64,000 nucleotides of DNA from Fistulifera solaris (Eukaryota). The position numbers and the translations under genes were made by a program. This document shows positions 1-11,765 of this stretch, one piece after another. Numbering within the stretch: the stretch's first letter is position 1; each line of letters starts with the position of its first letter. The notes beneath the pieces are model-generated. The model had not been told where the DNA came from, made no database searches, and saw nothing but the letters and a program-made list of their open reading frames with translations. The DNA is taken from positions 310,001 to 374,000 of the forward strand of contig AP026162.1 of assembly GCA_030295235.1 (NCBI GenBank). Direction: 5' to 3'.

Positions 1-1680
1 CGGAACCCTTTGTTGTTCAGTTCATGACTACTGTAAACCAACACTCCGTTTGATAGTGAAAATTCATTTGGTGTCGATCCTCAGATTTTCGACGTGAAAA
101 TAAAAAAAACTCTTAACACGTACCTTGTAAATCGTAAATCAGAATCATCATTGTTGCGACCTTAATTACCCGTAATCATAATTATATTCACAGTTGAATG
201 ACAATGGATCAATGGACGGGTGCGAGACGCAAAACGGAACCCTTTGTTGTTCAGTTCATGACTACTGTAAACCAACACTCCGTTTTATAGTGATAATTCA
301 AGGCTTCGATCCTCTGATTTTCGACGTGAAAATAAAAGAAACTCTCAACAAGTTGTTCAGAATCATCATTGTTGCAACATTGTTTACCCGTATTTATCAT
401 ATAAACGCAGTTAAATGACAATGGACGGATGCGAGAGACGTAAACGGAACCCTTTGTTGTTCGGTTCATGACTACTGTACAATCCAGTCTTGGCTGGCGT
501 AAACCAACACTTCGTTTCATAGTGAAAATTCATATGGTGTCGATCCTCGGATTTTCGACGTGAAAATAAAAGAAACTCTCAACAAATAGTTCAGAATCAT
601 CATTGTTGCGACATTACTTACCCGTAATTATAATTATATTTACGGTTGAATGACAATGGACGGCTGCGAGACGCAAAACGGAACCCTTTGTTGTTCAGTT
701 CATGACTACTGTAAACCAACACTCCGTTTGATAGTGAAAATTCATTTGGTGTCGATCCTCAGATTTTCGACGTGAAAATAAAAAAACTCTTAACACGTAC
801 CTTGTAAATCGTAAATCAGAATCATCATTGTTGCGACCTTAATTACCCGTAATCATAATTATATTCACAGTTGAATGACAATGGATCAATGGACGGGTGC
901 GAGACGCAAAACGGAACCCTTTGTTGTTCAGTTCATGACTACTGTAAACCAACACTCCGTTTTATAGTGATAATTCAAGGCTTCGATCCTCTGATTTTCG
1001 ACGTGAAAATAAAAGAAACTCTCAACAAGTTGTTCAGAATCATCATTGTTGCAACTTTGTTTACCCGTATTTATCATATAAACGCAGTTAAATGACAATG
1101 GACGGATGCGAGAGACGCAAAACGGAACCCTTTGTTGTTCGGTTCATGACCACTGTACAATCCAGTCTTGGCTGGCGTAAACCAACACTTCGTTTCATAG
1201 TGAAAATTCATATGGTGTCGATCCTCGGATTTTCGACGTGAAAATAAAAAAAACTTTTGAGTTCAGAATCATGCTAACTTAATTAGCCTTAATTAAAATA
1301 ATATTCGCAATTGAAAGTCAATGGATGGATGCGAGAGACGCAAAACGGAACCCTTTGTTGTTCGGTTCATGACTACTGTACTATCGAGTCTTGGCTGGCG
1401 TAAACCAACACTTTGTTTCATAGTGAAAATTCATTTGGTGTCGATCCTCGGATTTTCGACGTGAAAATAAAAGAAACTCTTAACAAGTAGGTCTAGTTCA
1501 GAATCATCATTGTTCCGACATTACTTACCCGTAATTATAATTATATTCGCGGTTGAATGACAATGGACGGATTGGGCAAGAGGTATTGTCCACCTCTTGG
1601 ATTGGGGAAGGCAAAACGGAACCCTTTGTTGTTCGGTTCATGACTACTGTACTATCGAGTCTTGACTGGCGTAAACCAAC
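1..1680. repeat. Tandem satellite, monomers ~210-270 bp, with a trimeric higher-order repeat of 677-678 bp; runs off the left edge of the window
   Basis: The anchor CGGAACCCTTTGTTGTTC(A/G)GTTCATGAC recurs at 1, 235, 445, 679, 912, 1123, 1346 and 1617 (spacings 234, 210, 234, 233, 211, 223, 271). Monomers 1-3 are nearly identical to monomers 4-6 (offset 677/678), which also yields the identical 74-aa ORFs at 194 and 871. The region is AT-rich relative to the genes. Confidence 0.95.
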
Positions 1681-1897
1681 ATCTTGCGTCATAGTGGAAA
1701 AATGGCAAAATAGACGCAAACTAGACGCAAACTAGACCTAGATGAATGCGATTGCACGAACAATGCGACGGCCTTGACTTTGACCTTGACCATGTCATGA
1801 TCATTATTAAGGGAGCTTGTTCTGGTAGAAAAAGCTCACTTTTTGGGACTCTCACTGTGCGTGCTGATCAGCGCGTACTGCAATTACCGAACAAAAC

Positions 1898-3496
1898 ATG
1901 AGCCAGCCGCCTTCACGCCGCCGAAGCCGTGGACAAGGGCCTTTGCGGCTGTCATGGCCCACAACGCAACAATCACAAACTGCAACGACGTCCTTCGAAA
2001 ACAAAAAACGCACTCGCTCGCTGTGGTCGGATGAGTATGCTCCCACTTCGATCAATGATTTATGCGTTGCTTCGAAAAAGGTCAAGGAAGTGACCGCCTG
2101 GTTGGATCAGTCAATTTCGAAGCTTTTGATTCTCGTGGGAAGTCCAGGGATAGGAAAATCGACAATGATTCATTTACTGTTGAAAGAACGGAGCTGGAAT
2201 GTACTCGAATGGAACGAGTCGTTTTCTTCTTTGTATACCAACGGCTCTTCGAGGAACGATTCGACCCTATCATCCATAGAATATCAGTCACCCGTCGATT
2301 CGTTTCAACAATTTCTCGAGGAAGCTGGTACAGGCTATCATCCGTTATCGATATCTGGTGAAACAGACAGTCGCAGGACGGCTATTCTTCTGGATGATTT
2401 ACCTTACTTGCATACTGCAGAGACTCAAGCACGATTTCGGCGTTTATTTCAGCAACATTTAGAACAATCGAGAATTCCTACAATTCTTATCATGAGTGAT
2501 GTTACGGAAGGAAAATGTCAACACTTGACAGACTATTTAGACAACCGATTCCTTTACAACTCCGGTCTGGTCACTATCATTCACGTCAATCCACCGACGC
2601 GATCACGCTTTGTTTCCAAAGTTGTTCAACGAGTGGCTACCTTAGCTGGGATCAGCATCTCTGTTGACGCAGCCGAAGATATATACGATCGTGTCGAAGG
2701 TGATGCTAGGGCGGCGTTAGCTACATTGCAGTTTGAGTACGTTGGAAGGAAGGAAGGGCAGCGTACTGCAAAATTTCATGGTGGAGATATGCGTGATAAG
2801 AAACTCAATGCATTCCATGCCCTCGGCAAGCTACTCTATGCGAAACGAAAATCCACGTCTGCTAGTCTTTACGAACGTCCTCCTTTGGAGTTTGATCCTG
2901 AACGGGTGGTAGAACAAAGCGATACGGAGTTGTCGAACGTCCTCGCGTTTCTCGAGTTTCACAGTGTTGACTTTTACACCGATATTTCCGATTTCAGTGA
3001 AGCGACTCATTGCTTATCCGATGCGGCGTTATGGTTGAGTCAGTCGCACTTAACAGGGAACTATACGAAACACAGTCCATCCCACGTTTTTCCGGAAGCC
3101 TATGTTACATCGTTGGCTGGCCGCACCGTGGCTTGGACGAACCAGCACCCCGCTGTATCTCGTTTTCGTCAATTCAGTGCCCCGCCTATATATCAGGTCG
3201 CTCGGAAACGTCGAGACAACCAGAATCAATTAAGCCAATGGAGAGATAGTCTTTTGAATCAAGGTGTGATTCACGATCTGGCGAATTCCACTGCCTGGTC
3301 GACCGAAATTGTGCCGTTCGTGCGCAAAATTTTTCCCCAGTCGATGACCAGTTCGTTAGATAGTCTTCAATCGCAGTTCCGTCCTATGGAAAACCATCCG
3401 AATGACGTGCAGGAAGCAAAGGAGGCGGAACTGCGATGGGTAGAGCAACAAAGTATATTTCAAGAGGATGACATTACTGGATTTGATAGCGACTAA
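1898..3496 (+). CDS. RAD17: Cell-cycle checkpoint clamp-loader Rad17/Rad24 (RFC-like AAA+)
   Basis: 532-aa ORF with W-x-D-E-Y-A-P-x-S-x-x-D-L-x-V-x-x-K-K-V-x-E-V-x-x-W-L N-terminal signature, Walker A GSPGIGKST, ILLDDLP (Walker B), GDARAA, FHALGKLLYAKR and an acidic C-terminal tail. Confidence 0.9.
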   Translation: MSQPPSRRRSRGQGPLRLSWPTTQQSQTATTSFENKKRTRSLWSDEYAPTSINDLCVASKKVKEVTAWLDQSISKLLILVGSPGIGKSTMIHLLLKERSWNVLEWNESFSSLYTNGSSRNDSTLSSIEYQSPVDSFQQFLEEAGTGYHPLSISGETDSRRTAILLDDLPYLHTAETQARFRRLFQQHLEQSRIPTILIMSDVTEGKCQHLTDYLDNRFLYNSGLVTIIHVNPPTRSRFVSKVVQRVATLAGISISVDAAEDIYDRVEGDARAALATLQFEYVGRKEGQRTAKFHGGDMRDKKLNAFHALGKLLYAKRKSTSASLYERPPLEFDPERVVEQSDTELSNVLAFLEFHSVDFYTDISDFSEATHCLSDAALWLSQSHLTGNYTKHSPSHVFPEAYVTSLAGRTVAWTNQHPAVSRFRQFSAPPIYQVARKRRDNQNQLSQWRDSLLNQGVIHDLANSTAWSTEIVPFVRKIFPQSMTSSLDSLQSQFRPMENHPNDVQEAKEAELRWVEQQSIFQEDDITGFDSD

Positions 3497-4217
3497 GATA
3501 ATCTACCTGAAGTGTACACGCAACGAAACCTACAACCTTACCGATTTTTGCAATAGTATCGTTACTGGGCTGCGGATTAATGCCTGACATACCTAGGTCA
3601 ACTGGCGGCGATTATTAAATAAAATAAAAATTGAGAGTTTAGCGTGCTTATGTTTTTCAATGCTTTATTCCTTATAGTTTATTCACTGTACACTGTACTG
3701 CATTTGCGACTTTTACCTATGCTTGGAATTCGTACAGAGTTTAAAATAAATGGTTCTTGATTGAAAAACTAGGTATGAAACTTGATGACAAGCACATCGC
3801 CCTAGTTGTCGAATAGTGTTTCTCCCTCCACCTGGAAGTACGCCAAGAACAGTCTTACTGGTACCGTTACTAGAACGGGGAACAAAAGGGAAGACAAGGG
3901 GAATATAATCACAGTCAGAATTGTACTTTTATTTCTACAGTGTCAGTCTCCAAACTCACGTCAGACGTCAGACTCTTTCCAACCATCAATTGAGTCACGT
4001 TTGGGTACATCGAATACCATAGAAATCATACGGGACTGCCAAGTTGAACTGAGCGTTTGTGACAAGAGTGACAACACACAGGACCTCTCGATTGTTTGAT
4101 GGACATAGACATCAGCAGCAATAACACAGACTCACTTTGTTATAAGCTGCAGTGGTGTTAATTCATTCGCAACATTACAATTGAATAGGATCTGTCGTGT
4201 ATCTTCCAGGAGAAGCC

Positions 4218-5646
4218 ATGGGAAAGAAAGCGAGAACCAACCGAGGAAAGGAAAAGGCGTTGGGTCGACGACTGGACGTGTCGACCTTACCGCCGCCGCC
4301 TGTTCCCGTCGATAGTGAGGTAAGCAAGCCGAATGTTATCGTTTTTATTAGTAATTCTAAGCAAAGACTCATCTTGTTCTTCCTCAATCAAAGCTCGGCT
4401 CGGCGAAACTACTCGATGAACCAAAGACGCCTGGTACCGGTCACAAAGCACTCGACCAGGATGGTTACGACGACGGCGGGGTTGCCGATTTAACTCTCGT
4501 CATCGATCTGGAAGACAGTGCACTTCGTCGCAAACGAGGAGAGACTGCATATTTCTCTGCACTCAAGGCTGACTTGCTTCCTCGTGTGACCACGGGTCAA
4601 ATGGCTTCGTTGACGCGCCGCGATCAGAAAATTCGCTTGGCCAAAATTTTGTTTGGCGACGAAGAGGAGCAAGAGGACGAGAGCCCTTCGGAAGTGTACA
4701 TGGATAAGGTCGATGGACAGGAAGACGCAAAAACCAAGGCTCGTCGACAGGAGCGTCTCAACGCTGCGAAGTATGCCTTGCGATTGAGCACAGTGCTCCG
4801 AGAGCCGGCTTGCTCGAGTTTGAGTCTTTCTGAAATCAGCAAGCGCTACTTGAACTGCTTCGGAAAAGAGGGAGCCGAAGCGGCTTTGCGCTGTGCGGAT
4901 AAGGCGGTCGAAATTGCGTCCGACGGATTCTATGACAGTGATACCATTGCTGTAGAGGTGAGTTTCGAAATACTTTGTTGCGACGTAGTTTCTTTGCGTT
5001 CTTCACAGAGTAACTAACACAATAATTCCAAAAACAGGCTGACGAGGAACCCAAAATCGATCCCAAGTACGAAAAGAACGCAACGAGCCCTGGACTTGCG
5101 AACCCGGCCTCGCTCAAGTTGCAGCCACTCCGCGTTGCGCAGTTGTGTTTGCGATCGGCGTACCTTCACCGCGGAAACGCGCTCCGTGCTCTGGGTCGGG
5201 ATGCCGAAGCGCGTGAGTCCTACTCCAAAGTCTTGCCGATGCTCGAGAAAGAACCCCGTTGTGGTCGTCTTGATTGGGAGCGCATGTCAATTATCGTGAA
5301 CATCGGAAACACTTACAAATCCGAGGGCAACTATGCCAAAGCTGTTGAACAGTATGATAAGGCCGAAAAACTTGGAAAGGACCACTTGGATGCTGAAGAT
5401 GGCAACAAAACGGATGGAATGGGTATTATGTTGGCCGCCATGCGTGCCAGAGCGTTCGCTATGAAGAAGGCTGGTAAGGAAGAGGAAGCCAAGACGAAGT
5501 TGCGCGAGGTTTTGGAACTGCAGATGAAACTCAACGTGGAGCTTGAAAAGAAGAAAAAGGAAGAGGAAGAGGCTGTCAGAAAGGCTCTTGAAGCTCAACG
5601 AAACCCTGTCCATGTGATAGAAGATGATATGGCTGTTGATAGTTAA
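4218..5646 (+). CDS. TPR-repeat protein (3 exons)
   Basis: ATG at 4218. GT-AG introns 4320-4393 and 4958-5037 join the frames without stops. TPR-like helices [27 protein letters not shown] and [23 protein letters not shown], followed by a coiled-coil tail. Confidence 0.75.
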
Positions 5647-5820
5647 GAGTTGCATTTGCCAACGATCGACGATTTCGCCTTAATAAATGAAAGTCTACAA
5701 GTGTTATGTACTTGGCGTTCTAGGCATACCTTTCAATGAAACTTGCTGCAGAGAGAGAATTGACTTTGCTTTAATTTAGCGTTGTTGTAGGCTGTAGGTC
5801 TACCTGAGTCTCAATTGAAT

Positions 5821-7458
5821 CTACCAAGAATGCGCCTTGTCTCGCGGATGCGCCACGAGCGACACACCACCCCGCGGTAAGACGGTGAAACCTACTTGCA
5901 TATCTTTCGTTTCTCCTGGTTCCCCTGATGGAATTTGAAAATCAAAGGCATTTAGCAGATGCGCTAGAAAGATTCGTAGCATTATGTGGGCCAGTGGCTG
6001 ACCAACACAGTTTCGCGGCCCGTGCGCAAAGGGCATATACGACCCTGGCACCACCTCGTGCCCCTTTTTCAGCCAACGCTCCGGTTTGAATTCGTTCGGA
6101 TTTTCCCAAAACGCATCGTTCCGGTGCAGACCATAGATCCAAACGCACGCGAGCGCACCTGCGGGAAGCGTCACCGATGGACGTCCATCCAATTCAGGTA
6201 ACTCCGTCGGCCGCGTGATCTTTCGCACAATAAATGGCGCAACCGGATACAACCGCATGGATTCCTTCAACACGGCATCCAACCAAGGCATGTTCGAAAC
6301 GTCCGCCCGCGACACATCTTTCGATTCCTTCAGGACCGCTTGTACTTCGGCCGCCACAGTTTGTTGAATCTCCGGGTGTAAACTCAACAAATGAAGCGTC
6401 CACGACAATGTAGCAGCCGACGTGTCTTGTCCCGCAAACAGTAAAGTGATTGCTTCATATATCAAGTTTTCGGAGAATGCTGATCGGTTGTCTTGATATA
6501 TTGGCATTTGACGCAACGCATCGAGCGGCGATCCGGGTTGCGCGACGCGACAGGCTTGGGTGGCAAAATCTCGAATCGGTATCATGGTTTCTTCTTCTTG
6601 TCGGAAAAGCGCCGAACAGGTTCGATAAATCCAGCGCGGTAATAAGAACCAGAGCGAACGCGATTGGGCCAGAATAATGAGCCGTATCCGAATCACCGAT
6701 TCCAAGTATGATGACACTAAATTCGATTGTTTTTGGGGAAGTTCGGTGTGTGTAATATAGCGATAAATGAGAGAAATGGTCGATGTTTGCAAAATAGGTA
6801 CAATGTTGCGTGGTTCTGGTTGGGTTTGTTGGAGTGTCTGGACCAGTTTTTGTGCCGCACGATTCACTTGTTGCTCCAGGTGGGTCTCCCAATTTCCGGA
6901 CGTTGTGCGAAACAAAGCGTGTATGACCGCGGCGCGTTTGTTTTTCCAGTCTTGACCATCGGCGGTAAAGACTCCTTGTCCACAAAAGTTTTGAAAGTGA
7001 TTGTAGGCGGGCGCTTTGACAATCCCCGTGGATTCGAGCCACGGCGATGATGTCTTTGGTTGTTTGGCGGGCGAGAGAATCGCCAGGGCGGCCGTGGGAT
7101 GAGCTACATGGACGACTGCCGTCGAAAGACCGTAGACAGTACCGTACATATCATACGGACCTTGAAGGGCTTTCATTCGGGGTAATATATTGGTGATGGT
7201 AGAGGAGGATAGCTTTTTGGGTTGATCTTCGAGTACATTGTAGTTCCAAAATTTGGGTCGCCAGTAGACCGTCGGCAAGCCACATTGCACGAGACGCTCG
7301 TACGTGATTCTTCTCCGTATCCAGCAATAACAAAGTATCGCAGTCAGAAAGAATGTCACTGTACTGAGATAGGGATGTTCATGGCATATTGAATTGATGT
7401 GATGGAGGCAGTCCAGTGTTGACGAATACATCATTCTTATTGTTTCAGCGAATGGCAT
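5821..7458 (-). CDS. Cytochrome P450 (CYP4/CYP97-clan-like; start at 7458 or 7434)
   Basis: N-terminal TM helix, I-helix AGQDTSA, K-helix ESMR (ExxR), PERW, heme signature FAHGPRNCVG. Confidence 0.93.
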   Translation of the reverse strand: MPFAETIRMMYSSTLDCLHHINSICHEHPYLSTVTFFLTAILCYCWIRRRITYERLVQCGLPTVYWRPKFWNYNVLEDQPKKLSSSTITNILPRMKALQGPYDMYGTVYGLSTAVVHVAHPTAALAILSPAKQPKTSSPWLESTGIVKAPAYNHFQNFCGQGVFTADGQDWKNKRAAVIHALFRTTSGNWETHLEQQVNRAAQKLVQTLQQTQPEPRNIVPILQTSTISLIYRYITHTELPQKQSNLVSSYLESVIRIRLIILAQSRSLWFLLPRWIYRTCSALFRQEEETMIPIRDFATQACRVAQPGSPLDALRQMPIYQDNRSAFSENLIYEAITLLFAGQDTSAATLSWTLHLLSLHPEIQQTVAAEVQAVLKESKDVSRADVSNMPWLDAVLKESMRLYPVAPFIVRKITRPTELPELDGRPSVTLPAGALACVWIYGLHRNDAFWENPNEFKPERWLKKGHEVVPGSYMPFAHGPRNCVGQPLAHIMLRIFLAHLLNAFDFQIPSGEPGETKDMQVGFTVLPRGGVSLVAHPRDKAHSW

Positions 7459-7935
7459 TTTGCAGCGCCCAAAAAATTTCAAGCAATTACAAATGCATCT
7501 GACAGTATTTGCAGGCTGCACCCGAGGAATGATGCTACTCGACAAGATTTATGAAAGGTTGGATACAAGTAAATAGTAATGAAGGTTTGTGATGATGCGT
7601 GATGCTCCTCGAAAGCCGACGACAAAAGTAGACGAGAATGGTCAAGAACATCACCTACTTGTACATCATCAATGACGTAAGTAATGTCTTACTGGCAATG
7701 CCGTCTTCAGTGCGCGCTTGCCGCGCGCACCGCGCATCAACTGCAACAAACGCGCGAGCCGCGCGAAAGATACGGCAATGCGCAATGCAAAACAGCTGTT
7801 TGTTGCACCTCGCTCCTCGCTGGGTTGTTCGCCTTCTGTCCAGCGAATCTTCTCTTTCCCTTCTCCGTTTTTCTCCATTCATTTGTTGCTGGATTCTAAT
7901 TCTTCTTCTAACACTGAGTGAAACATCGATTAGCA

Positions 7936-9638
7936 ATGTCAGAAACCAAACCTTTGATCGGTAAAGATGGAGATGCGGAACATCTCCGCCGCTTGAAAGC
8001 CTACCAGCCGTAAGTGACGAGCAAAACGTGTTAGAGAAATGCTTCTGGCATTGCTTCCAGTCACAAGGTCCTTCGAGTATCTTATCTCACACTCCTTTCC
8101 TTGATCGCGTGCTTGTATGACTTACTCATTTCATCTAGTTGGGCATTCTTGATTACATTCGGTGGCTATTTCATGTCCCATTTCTCGCGAAAATGCTACT
8201 CGACCGTCAAACAACAGTTGCAGAGCGATGCGGGTTATTCGGCCTTGGTGTTATCGGAAATGGACACAATTTTCATGGCCACTTATGCGGCGGGAAACAT
8301 TATTAACGGAAAGTTGGGTGATACCTTCAATCCCACGACCATCTTGGCGATTGGTCTCTTTGGATCCGGTGTTTGTCTGTTGCTCATCAACATTGCCATT
8401 TGGTTTGATTTTGAAGGCTTTTCTCCGGCTTTGGGCAATTTCTTTATTCTCGCTGTTTACTTCTTGTTCGGATTCTTCCAAGCGACTGGTGGGCCTGTCG
8501 GCACGGCCGTCATGGGGAACTGGTTCTGTGACCCCGATTCGGTCAAGAACCGGGGAATGATCTTTGGATTCTGGACTTGTCACCAGTATTTGGGTGATAT
8601 TGCTGCTGGTACGTTAAGAAGCTGGACGGACGAAGAAGTACAGATTGTTTGGGTTTCCTTTTGTGTTGTTACTTGTTAGCACGACGATCTGGCGTATGAC
8701 TTTTTTGCCTCTTACTTTTTGAATTTTCAATCGTAACGTTTTTCTGATTATTTGCTACAGCCCTCTGTACTGCTTGGGTACTCGGTATCGGAATGACTTG
8801 GTGGTATGCTCTATTGATCCCCGCCATTTGCAATTGCTTGTGGGCGTTCTTGACGGCGCAGCTGGTGGCCGATCCGGTGACCATGGGGATTGAAACGCCC
8901 GAGCTACGCATTCGCCTCGCGAAACAGGAAGAAAAACGAAAGGAAATGGCGGAGAAAGGAGAATCGTCGGAAGGCTTGGAAGATGAAGGTCCCAAACCGA
9001 TCTCGTATGTTGCGGCGTTTCAGATTCCCATGGTCGCACAATACGCCATTGCCTTTGGATTCTTCAAGCTAGTCAACTATTGTCTATTCTTCTGGCTTCC
9101 TTATTTCTTGGGCAAACACTTTGACCCTGTCACAGCGAATCTCATTGCTTCTCTATATTCGGTTGGTATGATGCCCGGTGGTATTATTGTTGGTGTTGTT
9201 TCGGACCTTTTTGGTGGACGCCGCGCTGTCGTCATTGGCACTTTCATGTGCTGTTTGATTGTGTTCTTGGCGGTCTTTGCCCAGTGCTCGGAAACTCTCA
9301 CGCCCATTCCGCTGTTGGCAATGCTGGGAGCCATGGGAATTCTGGTAGGAGGTCCCAACAACATTATCACGAGTGCTGTTGCCGCTGACTTGGCGTCTCA
9401 CCCATCGGTCCGTGGCAACAACAAGTCTTTGGGAACGGTTACCGGGTTGATCAACGGAACGGGATCCATTACGGCTTCGATTGGTTTGTTGGCGGTCGGT
9501 CCGTTGCAAGCTGCCTACGGTTGGAGTTCTGTTTGGTATTACCTCATCTTTTGCACTTCTTGCGGTACCCTTCTCATGGGAACCAAGATCTATTCCGAAC
9601 TCTTCCCTGCTGCTTCCGAACGTTCGGTTGCTGTTTAA
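7936..9638 (+). CDS. MFS organophosphate:Pi antiporter (SLC37/GlpT-like sugar-phosphate exchanger), 3 exons
   Basis: ATG at 7936. Introns 8010-8138 and 8609-8760 join in frame. Motifs HFSRK, VMGNWF...RGMIFGFWTCHQ, FFKLVNYCLFFWLPYFL, GGP..IITSAV.ADL and TVTGLINGTGS are typical of SLC37A. Confidence 0.88.
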
Positions 9639-9748
9639 ATGGACGAGCTCCAGATTGTGACGACCCCAGAGACGATAGTAGTTCGCGAAGTGCCACGAAG
9701 TGATTATACAACTAATTACTCAAATCATAGTTGTTCAATTTGATATAT

Positions 9749-11618
9749 TTAAGTACTTTGGTTAGCGCTCTTGAGACGACGAGGCTTGCTAATTTTGGCA
9801 CTGTTTGAGTTCTGCTTCCTCTTTTTGTTGGTCGCGATGGGGGTACTGACACTTTTTGTCCTTTGCTGGTTCTCTTTCTTCTTTCTGGTTCTTTCGCTTG
9901 CCGTTCTTTTTCGCCTTCTTGTCTTTTTACCGACGTCTCGACCTTTTCAACAGGAACGTCAACCTTGTCGCTCTGATTTTCCTGCGAAACCTCACCTTCG
10001 TCATTCTTGTCACCTTCTCCTAGATGCTTATCACTCAGCTTTTGAATCTTTGCCACGAAAAAACCGTCCATGTTGTGTACGTGAGGGTAGAAGCGACGAG
10101 TCTTGGTCATTGTGGGGTGGAAGCGATGCTGCTGGTATCGAGTGAATCCGGGCACACCGAAATCAAGCCCCGCATCCACGATGCGAATATCACGCTTTTT
10201 CAGAGCATACTGAACAACAAGCTCGTTCTCGGCGACGCTGACAGAGCAAGTGGAATAGACCATGACACCGGGGCCAGTTGTCTCGTTCGTGTTCTTGGCA
10301 ACCTTCAATGCATCAATCGCCGACAGTAGGAGCTCTTTCTGCAGATGGGCTGTTTGCTGAATGTCAGCGATTGTACGCTGTACTTTCACGCTAGGATCAC
10401 GACTAATCACACCGAGGCCCGAGCATGGAGCATCGAGCAAAATACGATCAAACCGGTTTTGCTGGAATATTTTTCCAAGCTTCCGACCATCATGAGCACA
10501 GGCAATGGTGTTCTTCACACCAAGACGATGCAAGTTTGCGACAGTAGCCTTTTGCCTATCGGGTTTGAGGTCATTTGCAATCAAGCAGCCCGTATTGCGC
10601 ATAAGCTGGGCCATGTAAGAAGTCTTTCCGCCGGGTGCTGCGCTCATATCGAGCACTCGTTCTTTGGGTTGCGGGCCTAAAGCCATAACTGGACACATTG
10701 AAGCGGCGCTCTGAAGCATATACATACCAGTGAGGTACTCGGGGGTCGCTCCAATGGGAACTGTGCTTTCCACAATTTTCAGGCCCACTTTAGACCATGC
10801 TGCAAGTGGATCAAGTGAAACACCACGTTTGATAAGCGCAGCAGCCAAGTCCTTACGACGAGCTTTCAGAGTATTTGTGCGAATGACGAGAGGTCTTGGC
10901 TTGTCGGAAGCATGAATAAATTCAACAGTTTCGGCTGGGCTAAACATGGTAAGGAAGTATTCAACCAGCTCGGGAAGATAACCATTCAGCTCCGCCAAAA
11001 ATGAAGCAAGGCGATCGACGTACTCCTTTCTCGATCGTCCAGGTTCACGTCGCTTCTTGAAATCGGCCAAGACTTCAAGAATAGAGTTGATGTGAGACTT
11101 AAGCTCAGAGGGAGGCACAACTCTGTCGACATCCTTCCCGATTTCTTCACTCGTCGGTAAGTGATAGATGGCCGTGTGTTGACTAATAGTCCTTCTCATT
11201 TCTTCGTCAGCTTCCTCTTCAATTAAATCTTGTTCTTCATCGACGAGCCTTGACTCTTTCTCAATTTCCAGTTCTTCATCGTCGCTATCTTCTTCCTCCT
11301 CACTTTCCTCCTCCTCCTCATCGTCTTCGTCATCCGAATCTACGAGCGCTTGCTTCTTTGGTTTGATCCAGGCCGCATTTTCATCCGAAAAGAAAGGCAT
11401 CGATGCTTTTCGGTCTTCCTCGTCGCTGTCACTTTCATTTTCACTGCTGCTGTCCTCCGATTCGGATGGTAGTTCCTTTTCTTGCAGATCTTCGTCGTGG
11501 CTCGAGCTTTCTTCGTCTTCATCCGAAGACGGCTCTTTGACTGGTTTCTTCGGCACGGTTTTTCCCTTGTTCTTAGAAAACTTCTTTTCTGCGATGCTGA
11601 TTTATTCCGGGCGGTCAT
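9749..11618 (-). CDS. NOP2: LSU rRNA m5C methyltransferase Nop2/NSUN1 (probable 1-bp indels near 11587 and ~9822)
   Basis: Acidic N-terminus; RTNTLK.RRKDLA.ALI.RGV.LDPL..WSKVGL; IGATPEYL; DMSAAPGGKT; LLDAPCSG; YSTCS; RRFYPHVHNMDGFFVAK. Restoring one A in A-runs links ATG 11618 and a basic C-terminus ending at 9749. Confidence 0.93.
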
Positions 11619-11765
11619 GTTGAACGAAGTTATGAAGTAATAATGATGTTATCTTCGAGAAACAAGCAAAAGAAAACGGGAGGAGATGATGGAAAAAGGC
11701 AACGAAACTTTTGGTTGGCGTCTGCGAGCTAGATGTATACGGTGAGACAGACAGGCGCGCGCGAT

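Noticed and set aside
194..1095. Duplicated 74-aa ORFs (194-418, 871-1095)
   Set aside because: By-products of the 677-bp satellite unit; they have TTG starts and the frame is not kept in other monomers.
11720..11765. Helitron 3' end (CTAG plus GC-rich hairpin) beside the array
   Set aside because: CTAG is not followed by the expected T of an A-T target, the hairpin is weak, and no matching 5' TC end can be fixed.
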